Below, piece after piece: positions 42,739-52,910 of a DNA stretch of 64,000 bases. The notes under the pieces were generated by a model. It did no database searches. It had not been told where the DNA came from and saw only the letters and a list, made by a program, of their open reading frames with translations. Origin of the DNA: Pseudomonadales bacterium (GTDB lineage: Bacteria; Pseudomonadota; Gammaproteobacteria; Pseudomonadales; Pseudohongiellaceae); NCBI GenBank assembly GCA_963666325.1, contig OY762706.1, positions 22,656 through 86,655 on the forward strand, given 5' to 3'. Within the stretch, counting starts at the first letter, position 1; each line of letters opens with the position of its first letter. The position numbers and the translations under genes are program-made.

Positions 42739-43725
42739 TCAGGAACCGAGGAACCGAATCAATTCAGCGTTCACGATTTCGGGTACTTCCTCATGCGGGT
42801 TGTGACCGACACCCGGAATGTTGACCACTTCGCCGTTGGGGAACATCCCGGCGGCGTGTCGCGCCTCTTCCGCGTAAGTCGGGTAATCTTCCGCACCGCC
42901 CAGGATCAGGGTCCTGGTCTCGATGTGTTGCCAGTCGTTGACTACAGTGTCCATGCCGCGCATCTGACCGGTCAATCGGCTGACATAGGCCACGCGCGGC
43001 CAGTCGCCGCTCAGCCGCTGTCCATAACGGATGCGCATATGCTCGGCGAATTCCGGCTGCCAGTTGACGTAGTTCTCTTCCGCCCAGCGCACCAGACCGG
43101 CATAGACTTCGTCCATGTCAGGACTGGAATCGACTTCACCGGAAAGCGGTTGGAAGCCGCGGCCTTTGCGTCGGTCAGTGAGACCAACCTGATTGACGGT
43201 TACCAGGTGCGTGGCGCGTTCCGGGTAAAGGAAGGCAAATCGGGTCACCATTTGTCCACCTATGGAATGGCCCACGACCGCCGCTTGTTCGATGCCCAGA
43301 TGATCCATCAGACGCGCGGTGTTCGAAGCCCACAGGCTGATGCTGTAAGGAATGTCCGGTTTGGAAGATTTCCCCCATCCGAGACGATCCTTGGCGATTA
43401 CCCGGTAGCCTGCCTCGCTCAGCGCCGCAATCTGTTTCTCCCAATACCAGCCATAGTACAGTCCGCCGTGATGGAAGATCACCGTGCGGCCATTGGCGGG
43501 TCCGGCAGGCGCCACATCCATATAGGCGAGACGAACGTCCTGGTTATACACCCGAAAGTCCATGTAGCTCACCGGATAGGGATACTCGAACTCCTCCAGA
43601 TTGATGGAAACCGGTCCCCAATCCGCGGGTGGTGAACCGGGAGGCCCGGATTGTGCGGATACCGCGCCGGCCGCGAAGGTGGCCGAAACGATCAGGAGTA
43701 TTCTCAGGAGATGAGTATTCATCAT
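42739..43725 (-). CDS. Alpha/beta hydrolase, secreted
   Basis: Signal peptide present. HHGGLYYG and nucleophile elbow GHSIGGQ. C-terminal GVGHNPHEE. Confidence 0.8.
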   Translation of the reverse strand: MMNTHLLRILLIVSATFAAGAVSAQSGPPGSPPADWGPVSINLEEFEYPYPVSYMDFRVYNQDVRLAYMDVAPAGPANGRTVIFHHGGLYYGWYWEKQIAALSEAGYRVIAKDRLGWGKSSKPDIPYSISLWASNTARLMDHLGIEQAAVVGHSIGGQMVTRFAFLYPERATHLVTVNQVGLTDRRKGRGFQPLSGEVDSSPDMDEVYAGLVRWAEENYVNWQPEFAEHMRIRYGQRLSGDWPRVAYVSRLTGQMRGMDTVVNDWQHIETRTLILGGAEDYPTYAEEARHAAGMFPNGEVVNIPGVGHNPHEEVPEIVNAELIRFLGS

Positions 43726-43744
43726 GGTTTTTCCGACTGGTTAA

Positions 43745-44218
43745 TTAGTTGGATGCACTGCCAATTGCTTCGGCGCCGGCGATAGCCACTTCTTCATCCT
43801 GTGCGGCCGTAACGCCACTGACCGCGATAGCGCCGATGCGCTCGCCGTTCACGAAGATCGGTACGCCGCCGGCAAAAGTGACGCCGCCTTCGACTTCTTC
43901 CATTTCGCCGGCTTGCACTCTCTGACCGTACACACCGGAGGCAATTCCGGTTTCGTTCACCACCAGCGCCTTGGCGGTAGCGAAATCGAAGGTGCGCCCG
44001 CCCGCGCCGTCGATACGGTGCAGCATGGCCGGATTGTTGTTCTGGTCGGTAATGAGAATGGTCACGTTCCAGCCTTGATCGCGGGCATAGGCCTCGGCCG
44101 CGGCCATGGCTTGAGTAGCCAGGTCATAAGTCATCAGCGATTCGTCCTGAGCCTGCGCGCTTGCCGACGCCAGTACGAAGACGAATGTGAGAAGTGCCTT
44201 GTGCAGCTTGCTTGCCAT
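43745..44218 (-). CDS. GlcG/HbpS-like (DUF336) haem-binding protein, secreted
   Basis: Signal peptide present. ..AAEAYARDQGWNVTILITDQNNNPAMLHRIDGAG..ATAKA... Confidence 0.75.
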   Translation of the reverse strand: MASKLHKALLTFVFVLASASAQAQDESLMTYDLATQAMAAAEAYARDQGWNVTILITDQNNNPAMLHRIDGAGGRTFDFATAKALVVNETGIASGVYGQRVQAGEMEEVEGGVTFAGGVPIFVNGERIGAIAVSGVTAAQDEEVAIAGAEAIGSASN

Positions 44219-44258
44219 TGCTACATGCCTCGTTTCGGGAATTTGGGGTGCCGGCTAG

Positions 44259-45489
<1,231 letters not shown>

Positions 45490-45491
<2 letters not shown>

Positions 45492-45567
45492 GATTCTGCG
45501 ACTCCGCTTCGCTGCGCGCAGAATGACAGGGGGGCAATGGTCATTCTGCGCGAAGTCGCAGAATCTC
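45490..45567. repeat. REP-like compound palindrome (copy d), between frmA and fghA
   Basis: GAGATTCTGCGACTCCGCTTCGCTGCGCGCAGAATGACaggggggcaatgGTCATTCTGCGCGAAGTCGCAGAATCTC. It begins inside the frmA stop codon. Confidence 0.9.
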
Positions 45568-45587
45568 TGGAAACTGGAAATGACTGT

Positions 45588-46439
45588 ATGACAACGGAAC
45601 TGGTTTCATCTGTCGCCTGCTTCGGCGGCAGGCAGCTCAAGCTGAAACACCGCTCCGAAATTCTCGGCTGCGAGATGGCGTTTTCGGTCTATCTGCCGCC
45701 CCGGGCGGCGAAGGGCCTCGCGCCAATGATCTGGTGGCTGTCTGGGCTGACCTGCACCGACGACAATTTCGTGCAGAAGGCCGGCGCCCAGCGCTATGCG
45801 GCCGAAGCCGGAGTCGCCATCGTCTGCCCCGACACCAGTCCCCGGGGCGACGGGGTTCCCGACGACCCCGAAGGCGCCTGGGACTTCGGCCTCGGCGCGG
45901 GCTTCTACGTCAATGCCACCCAATCCCCCTGGTCGGCGAACTACCGCATGTACGATTACGTGGTCGATGAACTGCCGCGCGTTCTGGCGGCTAGCGACCT
46001 GCCGCTGAATGTCGAACGCAGTTCGATCATGGGCCACTCCATGGGCGGACACGGCGCGCTCACCATCGCGCTCAAAAACCCCGGCAAGTACAAATCAGTA
46101 TCGGCATTCGCCCCGATTTGCGCCCCGACCCAATGCCCCTGGGGAGAAAAGGCTCTAGGAAACTATCTTGGGCAGGACCGGGAACAATGGCGGGAATACG
46201 ACACCTGCGAACTGATTGCCGAAGCTGCCGAACGCCTCCCTCTGCTGATCGACCAGGGCCAGGCCGATGACTTCCTGAAAGAACAACTGAAGCCCAAACT
46301 GCTCGAAAAAGCCTGCGCCGCAGCCAGGCACCCGTTGACCCTGCGCATGCAACCCGGCTACGACCACAGCTATTTTTTCATCGCCACATTCATCGTAGAC
46401 CACATCCGCCATCACGCCAGGGCGCTGACTGGCGCCTGA
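45588..46439 (+). CDS. fghA: S-formylglutathione hydrolase (esterase D family)
   Basis: ..FGGRQLKLKHRSEILGCEMAFSVYLPP.. and ..GHSMGGHGAL.. are present. Start trimmed to ATG 45588. Confidence 0.9.
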   Translation: MTTELVSSVACFGGRQLKLKHRSEILGCEMAFSVYLPPRAAKGLAPMIWWLSGLTCTDDNFVQKAGAQRYAAEAGVAIVCPDTSPRGDGVPDDPEGAWDFGLGAGFYVNATQSPWSANYRMYDYVVDELPRVLAASDLPLNVERSSIMGHSMGGHGALTIALKNPGKYKSVSAFAPICAPTQCPWGEKALGNYLGQDREQWREYDTCELIAEAAERLPLLIDQGQADDFLKEQLKPKLLEKACAAARHPLTLRMQPGYDHSYFFIATFIVDHIRHHARALTGA

Positions 46440-46444
46440 TTTGC

Positions 46445-47092
46445 TCAGGCGTCGGGCGTTTCTTCAATAACATTGACATTGTAGGCGATCGAGATTCGCT
46501 CGCCGGCGCCGGTGTAGGGATGCACCATGTGCTTCATCCAGCTTGGCCACAGCAACATGCGGCCGGGCACGTTTTCGATGAATTCGCGGCCGTCGAGGAT
46601 CGTGTTGCTGATCTGGAGATAGTTTGCCGCCTCGCGCGGATCAAGCAGTTCGAGCAGGCCGTTTTGGGGGATGGCCGGATCGGGATTGCCTCTCGTCACG
46701 TAGTACACGCCCGACCACATGCAATTCGGATGCGTATGCACGACGTTGTAGTCGCCGCTGCGGTTGATGTTGCCCCAGGCGTCGATGAGCAGACGGAATT
46801 GCCGCTGCCGGTCGCGGTCGCGAATGATTCGGTCGGTGAGGTTGAAGACGATGGTCTCGATGCGCCGCTTCAGTTCCTTGACCGGCGCATCGGGCCAGCC
46901 GATCAGATTGCCCGGCGACTGCCAGCCGCCGGCGTTGGAACGATTCGTTCCCTTTTCGCCGAGCGAGCGCTCTTTCGCCAGCAACAATTCGGCGAGTTGC
47001 CGGTTGAGCCCCTCGCTGTCGGGCCAGTCATGGGCGACCAGGATTGTCCCGAACAGCGAGGAAGTGCTGCGGCCTATATCGAGTTGCTGCAC
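46445..47092 (-). CDS. Putative 2OG-Fe(II) oxygenase (TIGR02466-like)
   Basis: ..NAGGWQS.., ..NVVHTHPNCMWSGVYYV.. and ..LLWPSWMKHMVHPY... Confidence 0.7.
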   Translation of the reverse strand: MQQLDIGRSTSSLFGTILVAHDWPDSEGLNRQLAELLLAKERSLGEKGTNRSNAGGWQSPGNLIGWPDAPVKELKRRIETIVFNLTDRIIRDRDRQRQFRLLIDAWGNINRSGDYNVVHTHPNCMWSGVYYVTRGNPDPAIPQNGLLELLDPREAANYLQISNTILDGREFIENVPGRMLLWPSWMKHMVHPYTGAGERISIAYNVNVIEETPDA

Positions 47093-47105
47093 CGTGGCCC
47101 TCCCT

Positions 47106-49940
47106 TCAGAAGTCGTGCGAGAACCTCACATAGATCAGCCTGCCGCGCAAGTCGTGGCCGGCGCGGTCGTCATAGCCAGGACGGTCCGACAGGCCGTCAT
47201 AGATCACTCCGCCCGAACTCGGCCGGAACACCGGCCGTTCATTGCCGTCCGCATCCAGCCGCGTCAGGCGGGGAGGGTCCGCGTCGAACACGTTGTTGAT
47301 TCCCACCGTGACCGATGTGTCGCCGTCGCCCAAAAGTCCGGCAAACACATGGTTGAATTGGGCGTCGACCACGTTCCAGGCTTCGACGATACCGTTGTTG
47401 CTCTGGTCGTTGCGGTATTCGTCAATGTGCCGGAACTTGGCGGTCAGACTGCTGTTGTCCAAGGAATACGTCGCACCGAGATGTGCGCGCAACTCCGGCA
47501 AAGTCGAAAAGTTGTTGCGGAAATTCCTGCTGCCCGCCCCGTCGAAGCTCACCGCCCCGTCGCTGACCGCGAACTCGGTCACATAGGTCGCGGCCGCACT
47601 GAGAAACAGGTCGCCCATGCCGACATCGACGTCCCAGGCCAGGTTCAGGTCAAGACCGCTGGTCTCGACCGAGCCGATGTTGACGAACTGGGTATTGACC
47701 TGGCGCAACTGGCCGCCGGCGTCGCGAATGACCCTGGGATCGTTGGGTACGCCGTCGTCCAGGCAGTCGTTATTGACGATCGCCTGGGCGCCTTCTGACT
47801 GCGCAATCAGATCCTGGTATTCGAAGTTGAAGTAATCCGCGCTCGCGTTGAAGCCGTTCTCAAATTGCAACACCAGGCCCAGGTTGAAGTTTTCCGACTC
47901 CTGGGGCGCCAGATTGGGCGAGCCCTGCACGGCCACCGTGATGTTGTTGTTCAGGCCGGTGGAGACGCACACCGTGCTGCCGCCGGGGCCGGTCGGGGAT
48001 GCCGGGTCGTCGATGAAGGCCGACGAAGTCGCTTCGGCGGTTTGCCGCACCGTCGGCGCCTGGAAGGACGTACCCCAGGAACCGCGAAAGCCCAGCCAGT
48101 CGAGCGGACGGAACTCGAATGCTACCTTCGGATCCGTGGTGGCGCCGATCCGGCCGCCGTAGTCTTCCCTGCGCACGGCAAGTTGCAATTCGAGCGTGTC
48201 GGTCGCCGGCACGACGATCTCGCCGAATACGGCGATCACGTCCTCGCTGCCCACCACCGGTCCGGAGAGACTCTGCTCGTTGGCTTCGCCGGCGGATTCC
48301 AGCGAGTCGCCGAAGATTTCGATGAACACATCACGAAACTGGCTGCCGAACGCCGCCTGCACCGTATTGCCGTTGAATTCGAACAGGTCGCCGGTGAATA
48401 CCAGGTCGGTGACCTGTTCCAGCACGCGCGCATTGCTGGCCGAAGGCGTATCGAACTTGGCCAGCGTGATGTCGCTGTTGCCGGCCGTGCTCGTGCCGTC
48501 CTTGGGTGAAACCAGCGCCGGATTGGCGAGGCGCGTGCCGAAGGGATTCCATTCGCCCGCTTTCACCAGACTCTGGAAAACATCGGAACGATAATTGTGC
48601 GGCGCGTTCGTGGTGCGCGTGGAGTTTGCCCAGCCATAGGACAGATCCATCCTCCAGGTGTCGCCGATATCGAACTCGACGCCGTTGAGGATGCGCGTGT
48701 AGCTCAATTCCCGCTTTATGTATTGGGTCAGGGGCGTGTTATTGACCTCCCGGCCCAGGGGGCGTGCGGTCACTTGCAGGTCCGTCGCCGTATGAATCGA
48801 GTTGTCCCACGCGTCCGGGCCGACATAGAGAATGTCGGCCTGATTGGCGGGGTCGGCAACAAAGAAATTGAAAGGATGCGAGGCGGGAACCGTGAATCCG
48901 CCGCCGACCGCGCTGCCGGTATTGAAGGTGGCGCCGCCGCTCGGACGTTTGACGATGTTGTTGGAATAGCTCGCTTCCGCGTAGTAGCGCAGCCGGTCGC
49001 TGAATTCCCATTCGAACTCATTGAACACCTGCACCCGCTCTTCGGCGGAAATGATGGCCACCTGGTCGACGAACAGGTAGCGGCAGCGCGAGTCGCTCGG
49101 GCTGCGCAAGACGCCGCCCGCGGCTTCACAGTCAGGGTCCGGCACGCGGTTGCCGCCGGTGGGGACCGCGTTGCCGGCCGCGTTCAGCGTGGCGCCGCGA
49201 TAGGTGCCCGGCGAGCCGGTCGAGGACAGGAAACGCGATTCGCGCGGGCTCGGATTGAGTCGCTCGTTCAGCCAGTCGAAGTCGGAACGAAACGCTTCGT
49301 CCTGCTCGTACCAGCTTGCATAAATGTTGAACCCGCCCTGGCCGAACTGTGCGCCCGCGGCGAAGCCGATATCCTGCTGTTCGATTTCGGACTGTGAATA
49401 GCTGCCGCTGAGCTCGAAGCCTTCAAAGCCCTTGCGCGTGATGATGTTGGCAACGCCGGCCACCGCCTGTGAGCCATAAAGAGCGGAGGCGCCGTCGGTC
49501 AGCACTTCGATGCGCTCGATCATCGTGATCGGAAACTGGTTGATGTCCAGATAATCGGTGCCGGTGTCGTCGGCTACCGGCGCAATTCCCCCGCGCTTGC
49601 CGTTGATCAGGGTCAAGGTCGAACCGAGGCCCAGATTGCGCACGTTGAACATCGCCGTGCCGGCCCGGTTGTTGGTCTCGTTATAGAACTGAGAACCGCT
49701 GTTGACGGTCAGTTCCTTGAGTACGTCGACCGGCTGCGATGCGCCGATCCGTTCAATCGTCTGCTGGTCGATCACCTGTACCGGCTTCGTGCCGTCGAAA
49801 CTCGTGCGGCGAATATAGGAGCCGGTAACGAGGATTTCCTCAAGCGTTTCCTCATCTTGCGCCAGGACCGGCGGCGCCGAGCCGATGGCCGCGGCAATGC
49901 CGGCGGAGATTGCTGTCAATCTGAATTTGCTGGAAGTCAT
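47106..49940 (-). CDS. TonB-dependent receptor
   Basis: Signal peptide present. Plug-region sequence ..LEEILVTGSYIRR.. and ..ERIEVLTDGASALYGSQAVAGVANIITR... C-terminal ..YVRFSHDF ends in an aromatic residue. Start trimmed to 49940 (RBS ggaggga). Confidence 0.92.
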   Translation of the reverse strand: MTSSKFRLTAISAGIAAAIGSAPPVLAQDEETLEEILVTGSYIRRTSFDGTKPVQVIDQQTIERIGASQPVDVLKELTVNSGSQFYNETNNRAGTAMFNVRNLGLGSTLTLINGKRGGIAPVADDTGTDYLDINQFPITMIERIEVLTDGASALYGSQAVAGVANIITRKGFEGFELSGSYSQSEIEQQDIGFAAGAQFGQGGFNIYASWYEQDEAFRSDFDWLNERLNPSPRESRFLSSTGSPGTYRGATLNAAGNAVPTGGNRVPDPDCEAAGGVLRSPSDSRCRYLFVDQVAIISAEERVQVFNEFEWEFSDRLRYYAEASYSNNIVKRPSGGATFNTGSAVGGGFTVPASHPFNFFVADPANQADILYVGPDAWDNSIHTATDLQVTARPLGREVNNTPLTQYIKRELSYTRILNGVEFDIGDTWRMDLSYGWANSTRTTNAPHNYRSDVFQSLVKAGEWNPFGTRLANPALVSPKDGTSTAGNSDITLAKFDTPSASNARVLEQVTDLVFTGDLFEFNGNTVQAAFGSQFRDVFIEIFGDSLESAGEANEQSLSGPVVGSEDVIAVFGEIVVPATDTLELQLAVRREDYGGRIGATTDPKVAFEFRPLDWLGFRGSWGTSFQAPTVRQTAEATSSAFIDDPASPTGPGGSTVCVSTGLNNNITVAVQGSPNLAPQESENFNLGLVLQFENGFNASADYFNFEYQDLIAQSEGAQAIVNNDCLDDGVPNDPRVIRDAGGQLRQVNTQFVNIGSVETSGLDLNLAWDVDVGMGDLFLSAAATYVTEFAVSDGAVSFDGAGSRNFRNNFSTLPELRAHLGATYSLDNSSLTAKFRHIDEYRNDQSNNGIVEAWNVVDAQFNHVFAGLLGDGDTSVTVGINNVFDADPPRLTRLDADGNERPVFRPSSGGVIYDGLSDRPGYDDRAGHDLRGRLIYVRFSHDF

Positions 49941-50096
49941 GAATGCGTCCCTCCAGGTCGATCGTGAAAACCCGGTCTTTGGTCTATCGGCAACCCGGTT
50001 CGTGACTGAAACAGACACGGGCCGGGCGGATTCGGCTAGACCGGAACCGGCGGCGGGTATATGCTTCGCTGGTTACCACCCACGGGAGGCAAAGCC

Positions 50097-51164
50097 ATGC
50101 ACATCGCCGCCGGCAGGATTCTTCGCGGGTCGGCATCAGCGCTTATGCTGTTTCTGATGACCACATTCGCTCATTCCCAGCAACAGATCGAACTCACCGG
50201 AGAAATGATCTCCGCGACCGGGGACTTCATCGCCTCGCTCGATGAAATGCAGAGGAACAGCGCCTTGTTCGCCTTCGACGACGAAGAGCGCAGCAACTGG
50301 TTCTTCACCCCGGTCGACCGCAAGGGCGTGCCCTACAAGGCCATGAACGAAGAACAGCGCGCCGCCGCCCGGCGCCTGTTGCAGGTTTTCCTCAGTGTCG
50401 ACGGTTTCGCCAAGACCGAAGACGTGCGCAGCCTCGAATCCGTACTTGCCGAGATCGAGGTCAACGGACGCTTCGATCGCGACCCGGAACTGTACTTTTT
50501 CTCGATTTTCGGCAAGCCCGATATGGAGGCCCCCTGGGCCCTGCGCTACGAAGGCCACCATGTCGCCTTGAACTGGACATTCGCCGGCGGGGCCGGAATT
50601 GCCAGCACGCCGCAATTTCTCGGCAGCAATCCCGCCGAGGTGCGCAGCGGCGCGCGCATGGGAACCCGCGTATTGCATCGGGAGGAAGACCTGGCGCGTG
50701 AACTCGTCACTTCCCTGAGCGATGAGCAGAAGTCCGACGCCATCATGGAAGTCAGCGTTCCGCGCGACATTCTCACCGGCAACGAACAACTCGTGGAGCC
50801 GCTGGAAGACTCCGGGGTCGCCTGGGACGATCTATCCATTGCACAGCAGGAAAAACTGATGGAACTCGTGCGCGAAGTCGCCGTCGTGCAGGCGTTGCCG
50901 TTGGCCCATGCGCGGCTCGACAACATCGAACAGGCCGGCAAGGAGAGCATCCGCTTTCTCTGGATCGGCGGGCTCGAGCGCGGCGACGCGCATTACTACC
51001 GCGTGCAGGGGCCGACTTTTCTGATCGAATACGACAACACCCAGAACAATGCCAATCACATTCACCTGGTATGGCGCGACTTCGAAGGCGATTTCGGCCG
51101 CGACCTGATCCGGATGCACTACGACGCCGTGGCCGCGGCATTTGGCGAGGGACATAACCACTGA
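50097..51164 (+). CDS. DUF3500-domain protein, secreted
   Basis: ..WALRYEGHHVALNW.. and ..HYYRVQGPTFLIEYDNTQNNANHIHLVWRDFEGDFGRD... Confidence 0.8.
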   Translation: MHIAAGRILRGSASALMLFLMTTFAHSQQQIELTGEMISATGDFIASLDEMQRNSALFAFDDEERSNWFFTPVDRKGVPYKAMNEEQRAAARRLLQVFLSVDGFAKTEDVRSLESVLAEIEVNGRFDRDPELYFFSIFGKPDMEAPWALRYEGHHVALNWTFAGGAGIASTPQFLGSNPAEVRSGARMGTRVLHREEDLARELVTSLSDEQKSDAIMEVSVPRDILTGNEQLVEPLEDSGVAWDDLSIAQQEKLMELVREVAVVQALPLAHARLDNIEQAGKESIRFLWIGGLERGDAHYYRVQGPTFLIEYDNTQNNANHIHLVWRDFEGDFGRDLIRMHYDAVAAAFGEGHNH

Positions 51165-51187
51165 TGGATCGATGGGATGACGATGTC

Positions 51188-52777
51188 ATGAAAGTCAGAA
51201 AGATTGCCGTATTGCTGGCGGCGGCCGTTTGCGCCGGCGCTGCCCTGGCCGACGTAAGCGAAGTCGAAACCCGAAGCGGCGTGTTGCGTGGCTTCGCCTC
51301 GGAGCATCAGCCGGAAGTAACGGTGTTTGAAGGCATCGCCTTCGCCGCACCGCCCACCGGTGAGCTGCGCTGGCGCCCGCCGGCCGCGCCGATTCCGTTC
51401 GCCGGAGTGAAAGACGCGGATCGCATCGGCCCGGCCTGCTGGCAGGCGCGCAATTCCGATGCATCGCTGTATGCGCGTGGAAATCTGCATCGCTCCGAGG
51501 ATTGTCTTTATCTCAACGTCTATACCGGCGCCCGGGAAGCCGATGAGCGCCTGCCGGTCATGGTCTGGTACCACGGCGGCGGCAATACCACGGGGCATGC
51601 CGGCGCGCGCATATTCGACGGTGCGAACCTGGCGGCGCGCGGGGCGGTCATTGTCACCGCGAATTACCGGCTCGGCCCGCTCGGATTTCTTTCCCATGCC
51701 GCCTTGAGCGAAGAGTCGGCCGAAAACTCTTCCGGCAATTACGGCCTGCTCGATCAGGTCGCCGCGCTCGAATGGGTCAGGGACAATGTCGCGGGATTCG
51801 GCGGCGACCCGGACCGGGTGACGATTTTCGGCCAGTCGGCAGGCGGCACCGATGTCTGCCTGTTGCAGTCCTCGCCATTGGCCGAGGGACTCGTAGATGG
51901 CGTGATCGGCCAGTCCCCTGGTTGCATAAAAATGGAGCTCGAACTGGCTCAGGGTCACGAATCCGGCGGCGCTTACGCCGAGAGGCTCGGCGTCAGCGGT
52001 AGCGGAGCCAGGGCACTGGCGGAATTACGCGCCATTCCCGCCGAGCGCCTCATTGCGACTCCCGGCGGTACAACGGGCCCGCTGATCGACGGCTGGGTGG
52101 TGCCCGGTCGTCCCTACGACATGCTCGCGTCCGGCGATCAGAACCGGATTCCGGTGATGGTCGGCGGCCTGGCCGAGGAGTATTACGGCCTGCAGCATAC
52201 CGCCGGGCCGATCATCGAGGCCGATCTCGATAACTATCTCGAAAATGCTTTCGGCGGCGAAGCCGCGCAAGTGAAATCCCTGTACCCGGAAGCGCTGGAC
52301 CTTTCACCGCTCGATGCGCGCAAGGAAATAATGGGCGACAACGCCTTTCTGCTGGCATCGCGCATGTGGGGGAGGCTGGTGAGCGAGCGGGGCAACAACG
52401 CCTATGTCTATTTCTTTACCCGGTCGGCGCCGGTCTTCAGGCTGTATGTGCACGAGTACCCCGACCTGACCGGCAACGGCGGGCAGCGCTTGTTCGGCGC
52501 TTATCATTCGGGTGAACTTGCCTACGTGTTCGACAATCTCGACCTGGTCGGCCTCGATTGGGATTCAGGCGACCGGGCTCTGGCCGAAATCGTCGCCGAC
52601 TACTGGGTGAATTTCGCCGCAACCGGCGACCCCAACGGGCCTGGCCTGCCGGAATGGCCCGCGTACGACCCGGATGCGGACGTGGTGCAGATACTGGACA
52701 CCGAAGTGCGCGCCACGGTGCATCCGAAATCGGAAAGACTGCAATATCTGGAAGAATTGTATTTGCGCAGCCGCTGA
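51188..52777 (+). CDS. Carboxylesterase type B
   Basis: EDCLYLNVY, WYHGGGN, and nucleophile FGQSAGG. Signal peptide present. Confidence 0.88.
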   Translation: MKVRKIAVLLAAAVCAGAALADVSEVETRSGVLRGFASEHQPEVTVFEGIAFAAPPTGELRWRPPAAPIPFAGVKDADRIGPACWQARNSDASLYARGNLHRSEDCLYLNVYTGAREADERLPVMVWYHGGGNTTGHAGARIFDGANLAARGAVIVTANYRLGPLGFLSHAALSEESAENSSGNYGLLDQVAALEWVRDNVAGFGGDPDRVTIFGQSAGGTDVCLLQSSPLAEGLVDGVIGQSPGCIKMELELAQGHESGGAYAERLGVSGSGARALAELRAIPAERLIATPGGTTGPLIDGWVVPGRPYDMLASGDQNRIPVMVGGLAEEYYGLQHTAGPIIEADLDNYLENAFGGEAAQVKSLYPEALDLSPLDARKEIMGDNAFLLASRMWGRLVSERGNNAYVYFFTRSAPVFRLYVHEYPDLTGNGGQRLFGAYHSGELAYVFDNLDLVGLDWDSGDRALAEIVADYWVNFAATGDPNGPGLPEWPAYDPDADVVQILDTEVRATVHPKSERLQYLEELYLRSR

Positions 52778-52793
52778 TTTTCGTAGTCTCGAC

Positions 52794-52890
52794 GAGATTC
52801 TGCGACTGCGCGCAGAATGACACAAAGTCAGAATAATGTGAGACTACCTCTCCGTCATTCTGCGCGAAGCGAAGCGGAGTCGCAGAATCT
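52794..52890. repeat. REP-like compound palindrome (copy e)
   Basis: GAGATTCTGCGACTGCGCGCAGAATGAC..(34 nt)..GTCATTCTGCGCGAAGCGAAGCGGAGTCGCAGAATCT. Confidence 0.9.
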
Positions 52891-52910
52891 GATCTTGCGT
52901 TGATGTCAAT

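Noticed and set aside
49941-50096. Possible riboswitch (e.g. cobalamin) in the leader of the TonB-dependent receptor.
   Set aside because: No B12-box-like or other recognisable riboswitch core was seen. The region is a short divergent promoter interval.
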